Positions 1-9,204 of a DNA stretch of 64,000 nt are shown piece after piece. Made by a program: the position numbers and the translations under genes. How positions within the stretch are numbered: the first letter of the stretch is position 1; each line of letters begins with the position of its first letter. The DNA comes from Candidatus Hydrogenedentota bacterium (GTDB taxonomy: Bacteria; Hydrogenedentota; Hydrogenedentia; Hydrogenedentales; SLHB01), in contig CAXXTH010000023.1 of assembly GCA_963668025.2 (NCBI GenBank), forward strand, positions 160,001-224,000. Direction: 5' to 3'. The notes beneath the pieces were generated by a model. That model worked only from the letters and a program-made list of their open reading frames with translations. It had not been told where the DNA came from and did not search any database.

Positions 1-11
1 CCTGGCGCGCG

Positions 12-545
12 GTGCATAAGGGCGCGGACCTGAATGACGCCCAGGCGGTCTTGGATTCAGTACAAACGATGCGCCTTGAATTGGATGATACGGCGCAAGG
101 CCTTGTGGTGCGTGTGGATGGCGAGGATGTCACCCAGGCCATCCGCACGCCGGAAATTACCCGGCTCATTTTCCACATCGATCAAAATCCCGCCGTCCGC
201 GAACAATTGGTGGCGCTACAGCGCATATATGCCCAGCGGCGGCCCACCGTGGCTGAAGGCCGGGATATGGGCACCGTGGTGTTTCCGCACGCCAAATGCA
301 AGATATTCCTGGATGCGTCGCTAGAGGTGCGAACACAGCGGCGTGCGCGGGAACTCGAAGCCAAGGGGCTCGCCGTGGATCTCGAGCAGCTCCGCCAAGA
401 GATCCATGAACGCGATGAGAAGACCCGCAACCGGGCAGTAGCGCCTCTGCGCCAAGCGCCAGATGCGGTGCTTGTAGATACCAGCCATATGACGGCCGAT
501 GAAGTGGTGGCGCGCCTCACTGCATTGGCGCGGGAACGATTATGA
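12..545 (+). CDS. cmk: Cytidylate kinase, 5'-truncated by the window edge
   Basis: Motifs VAEGRDMGTVVFP, KIFLDAS..VR..RR and RD..RAVAPL..APDA..VDTS; the P-loop lies upstream of the window. Confidence 0.93.
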   Translation: MHKGADLNDAQAVLDSVQTMRLELDDTAQGLVVRVDGEDVTQAIRTPEITRLIFHIDQNPAVREQLVALQRIYAQRRPTVAEGRDMGTVVFPHAKCKIFLDASLEVRTQRRARELEAKGLAVDLEQLRQEIHERDEKTRNRAVAPLRQAPDAVLVDTSHMTADEVVARLTALARERL

Positions 546-2242
546 GCCATTCAGTTTTGCATCGGGAGTGGCGCATCGCCACGGATAATCGCACCGAAAG
601 CCGCGCACTCGCCCAACAACTGGGCGTTCCGCCGCTGGTGGCGCAAGTGTTGCTCGCACGCGGCGTGCGCGAACCGGAACAGGCGCAGCGCTTTCTCCAT
701 CCCTCGCTCGATTTCGTGAGTGATCCGTATCTGCTCCAGGGCATGGGCGTTGCCATCGAACGCTTGAAACAAGCGCGGGACCGCAAGGAGCGCGTATTGA
801 TCTTCGGCGATTATGATGTCGATGGTTTGTCGGGAACGGCATTATTGTTCCAGGCGTTCCAACACGCGGGCATGCCGGATTGCACCTATGATATCCCGAA
901 CCGGCTGGTGGATGGATTTGGCCTAAAGCCCGCACATATACAGCGCGCCGCCCAAAATGGGATTCAACTGATTGTTACCGTTGACAACGGCTCACGGGCT
1001 TTCGAGGCCGCTGAAACCGCACGCCAGCTTGGTATTGACCTGATCATCACGGACCATCATGAATTGGAAGACGGCCGGACGCCTCATGCGCTGTCCTTCA
1101 TCAATCCCATGCTCGAGGAACCCAGCCACCCGGGCCGCTGCTTGTGCGGGGCGGGCGTGGCGTTCAAACTGGCATGGGCGCTGACAGGCGAACGCTCGGG
1201 CGCGGATTTAGCCGCACTAGGCACGATAGCCGATGTGGCGGCGCTGCTCGGCGAGAACCGCGATCTGGCCGCCGAAGGATTGGCCTGGGCGCGGAAGCAG
1301 CCCCGGCCCGGCATTGAGGCCTTGGCCCGAGCCGCCAGCGTCCCGCTTGATGAACTGGATGCGGAAGCCGTTGCTTTTTATTTGGGCCCGCGCATCAATG
1401 CGGCGGGACGCATGGGCCGCGCCCATGCCAGCCTGGAATTGCTCCTCACGGATTCGCCCGCTGAGGCCGCACGTTTGGCGAAAGAACTCGATCTGGCCAA
1501 TGAAGAACGGCGGGAACTCGAACGGCAGATCGTGGAAGAAGCCGAGCTCATGCTCGAGGAAAGCGGTGCGGCGGGAGCCGCCAGTATTGTGCTGGCCAGC
1601 CGGGATTGGCATGCCGGAGTGCTGGGCATCGTCGCTTCCCGGCTCCAGGAACGGTATAACCTCCCCGTGCTTCTGGCGGCATTCAATCAGGAAGGCCTGG
1701 GGCGCGGTTCAGCGCGCGGCGTGGCGGGCATTCATCTGAGCGATGCGCTCGAACAATGCGCGGAGCATCTGGTCGCATATGGCGGGCATCGCAGCGCGGC
1801 GGGATTCACCGTGGAGGAAAGCTGTTTCGACGCGTTGCGCAAACGGTTCGACGAAGTGGCGTATGCCTGCTCGCCCGCGCTGGAAATCCCGGCCCTGGAA
1901 ATTGATGCAGTCGTTGGTTTGAGCGAAATAGACGGAAAACTCGTCCGAGCGCTCAACAGCCTCGAACCGTTTGGCCATAAGAACTCCGCTCCTGTTTTTT
2001 GCATATTCGGCGCGCAGATTGCTCCCATGTCGTGCCGCGAAGTAGGAAGGGGGCATTTGCGGATGACGGTCCGGCATACAGACCGCGCCTTCCCCGCCAT
2101 TGGCTTCCATATGGCGGATCAGATCAGCGAACTGGTTCAGGCCCCCGCCGTCGATATCGCGTTTACGCCGCAATTCAACACGTGGCGCGGCGAAACCACT
2201 ATCCAATTGCGTTTGAAGGATGTGCGCCCGGCCCGCGTGTAG
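542..2242 (+). CDS. recJ: ssDNA-specific exonuclease RecJ
   Basis: GDYDVDG, TVDNG, TDHH, LGTIADV, PRINAAGRM, GSARG and YGGH motifs; ATGA overlap with cmk. Confidence 0.96.
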   Translation: MSHSVLHREWRIATDNRTESRALAQQLGVPPLVAQVLLARGVREPEQAQRFLHPSLDFVSDPYLLQGMGVAIERLKQARDRKERVLIFGDYDVDGLSGTALLFQAFQHAGMPDCTYDIPNRLVDGFGLKPAHIQRAAQNGIQLIVTVDNGSRAFEAAETARQLGIDLIITDHHELEDGRTPHALSFINPMLEEPSHPGRCLCGAGVAFKLAWALTGERSGADLAALGTIADVAALLGENRDLAAEGLAWARKQPRPGIEALARAASVPLDELDAEAVAFYLGPRINAAGRMGRAHASLELLLTDSPAEAARLAKELDLANEERRELERQIVEEAELMLEESGAAGAASIVLASRDWHAGVLGIVASRLQERYNLPVLLAAFNQEGLGRGSARGVAGIHLSDALEQCAEHLVAYGGHRSAAGFTVEESCFDALRKRFDEVAYACSPALEIPALEIDAVVGLSEIDGKLVRALNSLEPFGHKNSAPVFCIFGAQIAPMSCREVGRGHLRMTVRHTDRAFPAIGFHMADQISELVQAPAVDIAFTPQFNTWRGETTIQLRLKDVRPARV

Positions 2243-2277
2243 CGGTATCCAATGCCAGCGCATGCCTGTATATAAGA

Positions 2278-2398
2278 GCGGTTCAAGATTGGATGCCACG
2301 AAGCAAATGGATTCGATTCTCCTCTTCCGTGGCATGGCCGGGACGGTAATGCGCATGGGCGGGGCGGCCATGCCACTATATTAATAATCTACCTGATC
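2278..2398 (+). repeat. Degenerate copy of the MITE/REP-like element containing a GTGGCATGG palindrome
   Basis: GCGGTTCAAGATTGGATG..AAGCAAATGGATTC..TTCCGTGGCATGGCCG..CGGCCATGCCAC aligns by eye with the reverse complement of 51195-51347. Confidence 0.7.
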
Positions 2399-2467
2399 TA
2401 TACGACACGACAAGTCCTGCCACCTACAGTTGGACTGCTTGAGTGTGTGGCATGCGTGTGTGTTCGC

Positions 2468-3337
2468 TCATTTCAAGGTGTGGAGATACGTATACAGCGC
2501 TTCACTCCATTCCGGCATGATATCGAGCCCCTGGGCATTCAAATGCCGGTTATCGAGCACCGAATAGGCGGGGCGCTTGACAGGCGAGGGGAAATCCTCC
2601 TGGGTCGCGGGCTGCAAATTCACCTCCATGCCCGCTATTTCAAAGATGGCTCTGGCGAATTGATACCACGAGCACGCGCCCTGGCAGCTTGCATGGTAAA
2701 GCCCCGGTTCGCCTTTCTCCGCCACGAGCTTGATCTGTTCCGCGAGGGCGGCGGTATAGGTCGGTGTGGTGATTTCGTCCGTAACAACCTTCACCTCGCC
2801 CCGCGTTTTGGCGAGATGGAGCATAAGATTCACAAAGTTCTGCCCGCCTTTGGCGCGGCAAGGCGCGGAGCCATATAAAGCGGCGCTACGCACGATAATG
2901 TAATTAGAGCATTCCGCGGCGATGAGGTGTTCGCCCGCGAGTTTGCTCGCACCATAGGTGCTGAGTGGGGCGGGCGGATCGGCCTCGGTGAGAGGCCTCG
3001 ATAAGCCGCGTCCGAAGACATAGTCCGTGCTGATGTGGACCAGCCTCGCGCCAGTGGCGTGGCATGCCATGGCCAAATTGCGCGCGCCGGTGGCGTTGAC
3101 GGCATACGCCAGGGCGGGCTTCTCTTCACATTGAGGCACGTTGTGGGCGGCTGCGGCGTTGATGACTAATTCCGGCTTAACCGTATCGACAATGGTTTTT
3201 CGGACGGCGTCACGGTCCGTGATGTCCAGCCGGATATCGCCGCCATCTATATCCGCCTTGACCAAGTGCGAGCCCGCATACGCTTTCACCAAGTCCGCGC
3301 CCAATTGTCCCAGTGCGCCGATAAGCAATACTTTCAT
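2468..3337 (-). CDS. rfbD: dTDP-4-dehydrorhamnose reductase
   Basis: GALGQLG, INAAA, HISTDYVF, YGASKLAGE and RPAYSVLD motifs. Confidence 0.93.
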   Translation of the reverse strand: MKVLLIGALGQLGADLVKAYAGSHLVKADIDGGDIRLDITDRDAVRKTIVDTVKPELVINAAAAHNVPQCEEKPALAYAVNATGARNLAMACHATGARLVHISTDYVFGRGLSRPLTEADPPAPLSTYGASKLAGEHLIAAECSNYIIVRSAALYGSAPCRAKGGQNFVNLMLHLAKTRGEVKVVTDEITTPTYTAALAEQIKLVAEKGEPGLYHASCQGACSWYQFARAIFEIAGMEVNLQPATQEDFPSPVKRPAYSVLDNRHLNAQGLDIMPEWSEALYTYLHTLK

Positions 3338-3390
3338 GATCGTCCCTCGCTCCCTACATGCCGTTGTTGCGGGCCAGCGCCGGGCGCGGC

Positions 3391-4353
3391 CTAGTTTGTA
3401 TTATCAAGCGCCTTGAATGTCTTGATGTTGTAAAAACGGTCCGCCGAGAAATCGCCGTATTCATCCCGATGGGCGTGCAGGCTGTCCACCATGGCCGATA
3501 CGCCATATTTCGGGAAGAAGCCGAGATACGTCTTGGCTTTTTCACAGGTGACTTTATAATTGCGGAAGTCTTGAACATTGAGAATTTTCATGGCGATTTT
3601 TTCGCCTAAGATTTGCTGCATTTCATCTTTCACCAGATCGGCAATCTGTCCCACGGTGAAATTGTCATAGGCGACATTGAATGAGCCGCTGATGCTGTAA
3701 TCCGCCTGGACAGCACGGAGGAAGGCCGATGAAGTGTCGCGCACGTCGATGATGGGCCGCCAGATCGATGGATTATTCACCGTGATGCAGCGGTCCGCCA
3801 TGGCTGCCTTATACATGGTGTTGACGATCAAGTCGAAGCGCGTACGTGGGCTGTACCCGTTGACGGTTCCCTGGCGCAAGGCAATGGCCGAGAACGTGTC
3901 ATCATGCAGTTGCAGCACGCCGCGTTCGCCCTGAAGCTTCGAGATGCCATACGGATATCCGCAAGCGAGAGGGGACTCTTCGTCGTAGAGCTCATTTACC
4001 GTATAGCCATAAATGGAGCAAGACGACGCATAAACAAAACGCCGCACGCCGGCTTTTTTGGCGATAAAAGAGAGATAGGAAGGCAGCGCGCCATTTTCGA
4101 TGAAGTTTTTCGCGGGACTATATTCCGCCATGGGATCATTCGAGAGGCCCGCGAGGAAGATGATCTGGTCGAAGCCTTCCAGATCCTTTTCGGTGAGCGT
4201 GAAGAGATTGCGCTGGATGATATGCGTGCCGGGCGGCAGGTTATTGCCGAACCACAGCAGATCCACGACGGTGACTTCGTATCCGTACTCCTGCAAGAGA
4301 GGAACCAGCGTCGAACCAATAAACCCCGCGCCGCCGCCCACCAAGATTTTCAT
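3391..4353 (-). CDS. NAD-dependent epimerase/dehydratase (extended SDR)
   Basis: GGAGFIGS, LAGLSNDP, ASSCSIYG and YGISK; lies between rfbC and rfbD. Confidence 0.88.
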   Translation of the reverse strand: MKILVGGGAGFIGSTLVPLLQEYGYEVTVVDLLWFGNNLPPGTHIIQRNLFTLTEKDLEGFDQIIFLAGLSNDPMAEYSPAKNFIENGALPSYLSFIAKKAGVRRFVYASSCSIYGYTVNELYDEESPLACGYPYGISKLQGERGVLQLHDDTFSAIALRQGTVNGYSPRTRFDLIVNTMYKAAMADRCITVNNPSIWRPIIDVRDTSSAFLRAVQADYSISGSFNVAYDNFTVGQIADLVKDEMQQILGEKIAMKILNVQDFRNYKVTCEKAKTYLGFFPKYGVSAMVDSLHAHRDEYGDFSADRFYNIKTFKALDNTN

Positions 4354-4365
4354 GTGCGTACTTCC

Positions 4366-4941
4366 TTATCGTGGTTGCGCCTTATATACAAAATTAAAAT
4401 CCGCCTCGTTCAATCCAGGCGCTTCTTCATCTTTTTTTGTAATCAGCGAAGGCTCGATGGGCCATTGAATGCCCACCACCGGGCATTTATACGAAAGGCT
4501 GCGCTCCGCTTCGGGCGTATGCATGTGGGTGCATTTGTAGTGGACGAGAGAGTTGTCTTCGAGCGCAACAAAGCCATGGGCGAATCCCACGGGCACCCAT
4601 AGGGTAAGGGCGTTCGCGGCGGAAAGCTCGAATCCCCGCCATTGGCCGAAGGTGGGCGAGCCCCGGCGCAAATCCACCACTACATCATAGACCGCCCCAT
4701 TAACGGCGCGCACGAGTTTGCCCATTCCATGGGGATCGAGCTGGTAATGCATGCCTCGCATGGTGCCTCGAGCCGAACAGCTCAGATTATCCTGCACAAA
4801 TGATTCCGCGAAACCTTGTTCCGACCATATGCGCTGGGAATATGTCTCCGAGAAAAAACCGCGCGCATCCCGCGCGATGCCGGTTTTGATGATGAGCACG
4901 CCATTCATATCGATGGATTGAACTTCAACGGGCATGGGCAT
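4366..4941 (-). CDS. rfbC: dTDP-4-dehydrorhamnose 3,5-epimerase
   Basis: DARGFFSE, FVQDNLS, RGMHYQ, DLRRGSPTFGQW and GFAHGF. Confidence 0.95.
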   Translation of the reverse strand: MPMPVEVQSIDMNGVLIIKTGIARDARGFFSETYSQRIWSEQGFAESFVQDNLSCSARGTMRGMHYQLDPHGMGKLVRAVNGAVYDVVVDLRRGSPTFGQWRGFELSAANALTLWVPVGFAHGFVALEDNSLVHYKCTHMHTPEAERSLSYKCPVVGIQWPIEPSLITKKDEEAPGLNEADFNFVYKAQPR

Positions 4942-5116
4942 AGGCTAATTCTCCATGATGATTTTACTACATGGCCATACTAAACCATGGATCACGGGCT
5001 TTTCTAGTCCTTTGATGCCAGTGAAGAGCGATGTTTTTTTACCATGTGAGAATTAGCATATGGATTGCGGAATATCAATGATGAGAAATTCGAAAATACA
5101 ACCAACCGCTCTGAAT

Positions 5117-5203
5117 GGCGGGGAAAGCCCCACCCCTACTACCTTTTAGTGCGTTTAGTATATTTCGTAGTCCATAAATCCGGGCCTTCAGCCACAACAA
5201 TGC
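5117..5203 (+). repeat. Composite GTAG-type REP module (degenerate copy)
   Basis: GGCGGGGAAAGCCCCACCCCTAC + TTTAGTGCGTTTAGTATATTTCGTAGT + AAATCCGG; matches the copies at 6822, 37690 and 57969. Confidence 0.7.
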
Positions 5204-5226
5204 CATATTATGTAAGCAGAATCGCT

Positions 5227-6528
5227 TCAACCATACATGCGCTCGATCTCCTCGCGCATGACACGGGTCCAAGCCTCGAGGTATTCCGGGTGGCCGTTGT
5301 AAGACATAGTGTCCTTCAGGATGAACTCCGCCACGCAGCCGCGCGTGATCTCGAACTCTTTACGCATCTTGCGCCGGACATGCTCGGGGTCGAAATCCTG
5401 GACCACATCCGTGGGATGCACTTTGCGGGATAGGATGTATTGATCCCCCAATTCCTCGACGGCCTTATCAAGCGAGCACCATGGACTCACGGACATGCGG
5501 CACAGATTGGGGATGCGGCGTTTGCACATCTCGAACTTGTGGGTCAACGGCTCACAACATCCGTATGAATTCATGCCATACCGGCGAAGCAGGCGCAGTT
5601 CATATTCGAGGATGAATTCCTCGTGCATCTCGGGTCCGACTTCGGATGCCGACTGGGCCAGGCCATGGCCCCAAAGATCACTCAGGCGGACATGCTGGGC
5701 GTCGAACCCAGGGCCGGGCAATTCCTCGGTGAACGCGATGCCGCCGCTGTCCACATAATGCCCCTCGTTGTTCAATTCGAGGTGGCCTTCCCGCTCGAAG
5801 TATTCGGCCATGCCCAGGAAAGCATCCGCCAGAAAGCTCATGAGCTCATGCACGAATCCGGGATTCATGCACATGTCCAGCATCAACTGCTCGATGCCCC
5901 GGAAGTAAATGGCGTTATCGAACAGCAGCGTTTGCGGCGGATGGAGCGCCATGCGGATCGGCAAAATGTCGCCCACGGCTTCCTCGAGGGCTTCCCGCTG
6001 CCGGGCCGTGGCGGCCACATCCACCTCGGCGGCCATGGGCTTACACTGCGCCAAGTCATTGAATTCCTGGACTAATGGTTTCCAGGTGTAGGCGGTCTTG
6101 CCACTCTCGGACGAAGTTTCGTATTCCAGCTCCTTGCCCCAATTGCTATATCGCACGGCTTTCTCCAGCCACAAACAGGGCGGGATCACCAAGTCGTCGT
6201 GGATATGCGCATCACGGTAGAGATAGTGCCGCAACACCCATTCCCATTGCTTCCAGAAGGGATCGCGGATCACGAGCGCATCATCGCCCAGGAACTCCGG
6301 CCAGCTATCTTCCGGAAACGCGAGAAACATCGGGCGGCGCGGCTGGAGCCGGATTAAGTCATACCAGAGCTTGCGTTTTTCAGCTTGTTCCGGGCGGAGT
6401 GCGATTTCCTTCACCCGCTGGGCCAATTCGCGCAATAGTGTTCGTTCTTCTGGTTGAAGCGCGCCCGGCAAGGCGTCCGCAGGGCTCCATGAGGCAATGA
6501 ATCCGCCGGTGGGATAAATGACAGTCAT
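5227..6528 (-). CDS. Uroporphyrinogen-decarboxylase-like TIM-barrel family protein
   Basis: FRGIEQLMLDM..NP..VHELM, VGPEMHEEFIL and YGCCEPL patterns of URO-D/MtaA-like hypothetical proteins. Confidence 0.6.
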   Translation of the reverse strand: MTVIYPTGGFIASWSPADALPGALQPEERTLLRELAQRVKEIALRPEQAEKRKLWYDLIRLQPRRPMFLAFPEDSWPEFLGDDALVIRDPFWKQWEWVLRHYLYRDAHIHDDLVIPPCLWLEKAVRYSNWGKELEYETSSESGKTAYTWKPLVQEFNDLAQCKPMAAEVDVAATARQREALEEAVGDILPIRMALHPPQTLLFDNAIYFRGIEQLMLDMCMNPGFVHELMSFLADAFLGMAEYFEREGHLELNNEGHYVDSGGIAFTEELPGPGFDAQHVRLSDLWGHGLAQSASEVGPEMHEEFILEYELRLLRRYGMNSYGCCEPLTHKFEMCKRRIPNLCRMSVSPWCSLDKAVEELGDQYILSRKVHPTDVVQDFDPEHVRRKMRKEFEITRGCVAEFILKDTMSYNGHPEYLEAWTRVMREEIERMYG

Positions 6529-6821
6529 GCGTGCGGCCTCCTAAACAGGTTGCATAAAAAACAATGATATGAAATGGTAACCGTTTTCTTTTTGGAAAAG
6601 CAACTATCTTGATCAGCACAAGAGGTGTGTTTACGGCCACTCATTTCATGGCGAGGCTTGCGGCTATTGTCTATATACTCATATGGCAAGATGCAGATGG
6701 GAATAGGGAATCAAAACACTTTGGAAATACTCGCATTGTAATCTGCCGTAACCGTATTTTCTTATAACGATTTTCTTTGTAAGAGAATATCATGCGTTCT
6801 TATTGAGGCATATCCTTGAAC

Positions 6822-6900
6822 GGTGGAGCCAGCCCCACCCTACAAAAATTTCGTATATTTCGTGGTTCATAAATCCGGATCTTTGGTTGTGGTTATGCCG
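6822..6900 (+). repeat. Composite GTAG-type REP module
   Basis: GGTGGAGCCAGCCCCACCCTAC-..TTTCGTATATTTCGTGGT-..AAATCCGGATCTTTGGTTGTGGTTATGCCG. Confidence 0.75.
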
Positions 6901-6907
6901 ATTCATG

Positions 6908-8053
6908 CTATTCCTGGCCAGAAGCAGCACTATACGATTTCACCAGTTCATCAACCGAAAACCGCTCGAACACGATGCGCTCGTAGGGATTCTCAACTCC
7001 GGCTTCATACAGGCAAGCAGCTTCGCCGCCGGGCAATGGCGCGAGGCAGGAATAGGCCGAAGGGCCAGCATACAACACTTTGGAGGCGGGCCACGTTTCT
7101 CCTTCGTCCAAGCTCACACGCACGGTCATGCTGGCGCGCTGTTCCTGGCTGGCGGGATTCAAAAACAACAGGCGGATATGGCCATTGGCGTCCATTTGGC
7201 GAATGAGGCTGGCCTGGCAAATGGGGTCGGGCAAACCGGAGTCGTGTTTCGGAACCGACCATGTCAGGCCGCCGTCTTCGCTAAAAGAAACCGCCCGGCT
7301 TTTGTTTGTGAGGTCATAACTCCGCATGTTCAAGAGCACCCGGCCATCCGAAAGCTCGGCGGCTTGGCATTCATTCACTTGATCGGCGGGGGTGTTGCCG
7401 CCGAGTTTCCAGGTGGCTCCATGGTCATCTGAATAAATAGCATGGGAATAATACTTGCCGTTTCCGGCCTCGATATGGTCACATGGGATCAACAGGCGGC
7501 CCGCGTGCGGCCCGGCTTCGAGCTGAATGCCCACGCCCGGACCGGTGGCGTACCAGGTCCAATGGGGCTTCTTGACATCCGCCGTGATTTCACGCGGCGC
7601 GGACCAGGTACGGCCATTGTCTTTCGACTCGCAGACATACACCCGGCGCGTGTCTGCGCCCTTTCCCGCAATGATTTTTCCTTCATCATCTTCGCCGAGG
7701 TTCCAGGTCATCAGCAGATGAATGGCGCCAGTTGTTCGATCCACTACGGGACAAGGATTGCCGCAGGTGTTCCCGCCATCATTCCACACCACCTGAACAT
7801 CCTGCCAAGTAGCGCCGCCATCTTCACTGCGTTTGAGCAGGAGGTCGATATTGCCCGAATCGGAAAGGCCACCCACCCGGCCTTCACAGAAGGCAAGCAG
7901 TGCGCCGTTTGGCGCGGGCAGCAGCGCGGGAATGCGATAGGTGTTGTACCCATCTTCGCCGCTGATGAACACCGCCTTTCCCGGTATGTTAGCGGATGCT
8001 ATGTCCGCCGGAACAGAGAACACCGACGCCGCAATTAACGAGAAGCAAAGCAT
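6908..8053 (-). CDS. Sialidase (GH33), probably secreted
   Basis: YRIP motif, five Asp-boxes (SxDxGxTW), NECQ and YSCL; N-terminal hydrophobic signal. Confidence 0.92.
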   Translation of the reverse strand: MLCFSLIAASVFSVPADIASANIPGKAVFISGEDGYNTYRIPALLPAPNGALLAFCEGRVGGLSDSGNIDLLLKRSEDGGATWQDVQVVWNDGGNTCGNPCPVVDRTTGAIHLLMTWNLGEDDEGKIIAGKGADTRRVYVCESKDNGRTWSAPREITADVKKPHWTWYATGPGVGIQLEAGPHAGRLLIPCDHIEAGNGKYYSHAIYSDDHGATWKLGGNTPADQVNECQAAELSDGRVLLNMRSYDLTNKSRAVSFSEDGGLTWSVPKHDSGLPDPICQASLIRQMDANGHIRLLFLNPASQEQRASMTVRVSLDEGETWPASKVLYAGPSAYSCLAPLPGGEAACLYEAGVENPYERIVFERFSVDELVKSYSAASGQE

Positions 8054-8144
8054 TTCAGGAACTCCTCCGATTTCGTTCTAAGATATGAGCTAAAACTGCA
8101 TTAGAGATGTCTTGCTTTTTGTGGCATAGATAGACGCCTTCCGT

Positions 8145-9116
8145 TCAATCATTGAAGGCGGCTTCGAATGCATCCTTCACTTCCCGCTCACTTCGTTCAC
8201 GTATCGCATCCAGGATGTCTTTTTTCAATTCATCCAAATAACAGGCGCCCAATACGGATATGGCTCCCGCCGCAATGAATTTGTTTGCTTCCCGGATAAT
8301 CTCCAGCAAGAATGCAATGCTCTCCTCGCTGCGCATTAACGCCAATGGCAGCAACAGCATGCGCCGTGATTCCGCGTCCACGCAAGATTCCCACCGGGCT
8401 CGAAGCAAGGCAAAAGCGTCTTCCCGGTGCGATTCGCCCAAGGCGATGGCCGCCGCCTCCGCGATGGCCGGTTCCTCGCTGTCCATACGGGCGGCTACGA
8501 ATTCGAGAGAACGGGCAGGTTCGAGGCGCATCAACGCCGCAAGGCAATCGCCCATGATGTCCGGATCGGGATCGCCCGCGAGCGCCTTCATCCGCAACAG
8601 CAGTTCGCCCTCGGTTCCGCCCACATACGCCACCGCTTGTATAGCCGCGCGCCGGGCAGGCGGTTCTGGGTCCATGAGCAGCCCCGCCAGTTCAAACAGC
8701 GCATCCGGGTAATTGGTCTGTGCAAGCGCCTGGCCGCAGGCTCCTCGAAGAGCGCCTGCCGTATCTTCGGGCATCCCCCAAGTGGGCTCCATCTGCACAT
8801 GGCGCACCCCTGCAAGAAACACGCGGTCTGCTTCTACTTCGAGCGCCCGAAGGGCTTCCACGATGGCCAGTTTCGCGATGCAGCCGCCGTCCCGCTGGAC
8901 CGGTTTCTCCATGAAACGGGTGAAGGCATCCGCCAGCTCGGACTCCATTTGTGTCAAGCCTTTGGCCCTGGCGATATGGGCCGCTTGGGCGGCCACGATA
9001 TTCGATCCGGAAGCGAGGGCTTTTTTGAGTTCTTTGCACAGGACATCATCGGGCGCTTCCTGGGCCAGCGTGATAAGCCGCGCCCGTTTTTCTTCCGTGG
9101 CGTCTTTCTTCACCAT
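8145..9116 (-). CDS. HEAT-repeat protein
   Basis: Helical repeats such as LLMDPEPPARRAAIQAV and DSEEPAIAEAAAIALG. Confidence 0.75.
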   Translation of the reverse strand: MVKKDATEEKRARLITLAQEAPDDVLCKELKKALASGSNIVAAQAAHIARAKGLTQMESELADAFTRFMEKPVQRDGGCIAKLAIVEALRALEVEADRVFLAGVRHVQMEPTWGMPEDTAGALRGACGQALAQTNYPDALFELAGLLMDPEPPARRAAIQAVAYVGGTEGELLLRMKALAGDPDPDIMGDCLAALMRLEPARSLEFVAARMDSEEPAIAEAAAIALGESHREDAFALLRARWESCVDAESRRMLLLPLALMRSEESIAFLLEIIREANKFIAAGAISVLGACYLDELKKDILDAIRERSEREVKDAFEAAFND

Positions 9117-9204
9117 GCCATATACTCCTTCTGTTGCGCGGCTTTTGCCGTGCAGCCACTATCGAGTATCATGTCCTCTTTCAAGGCATGGAGACAATAA
9201 CTAA

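Noticed and set aside
8127-8138. 12-mer AGATAGACGCCT also present near 42186
   Set aside because: Too short and only two copies; could be chance.
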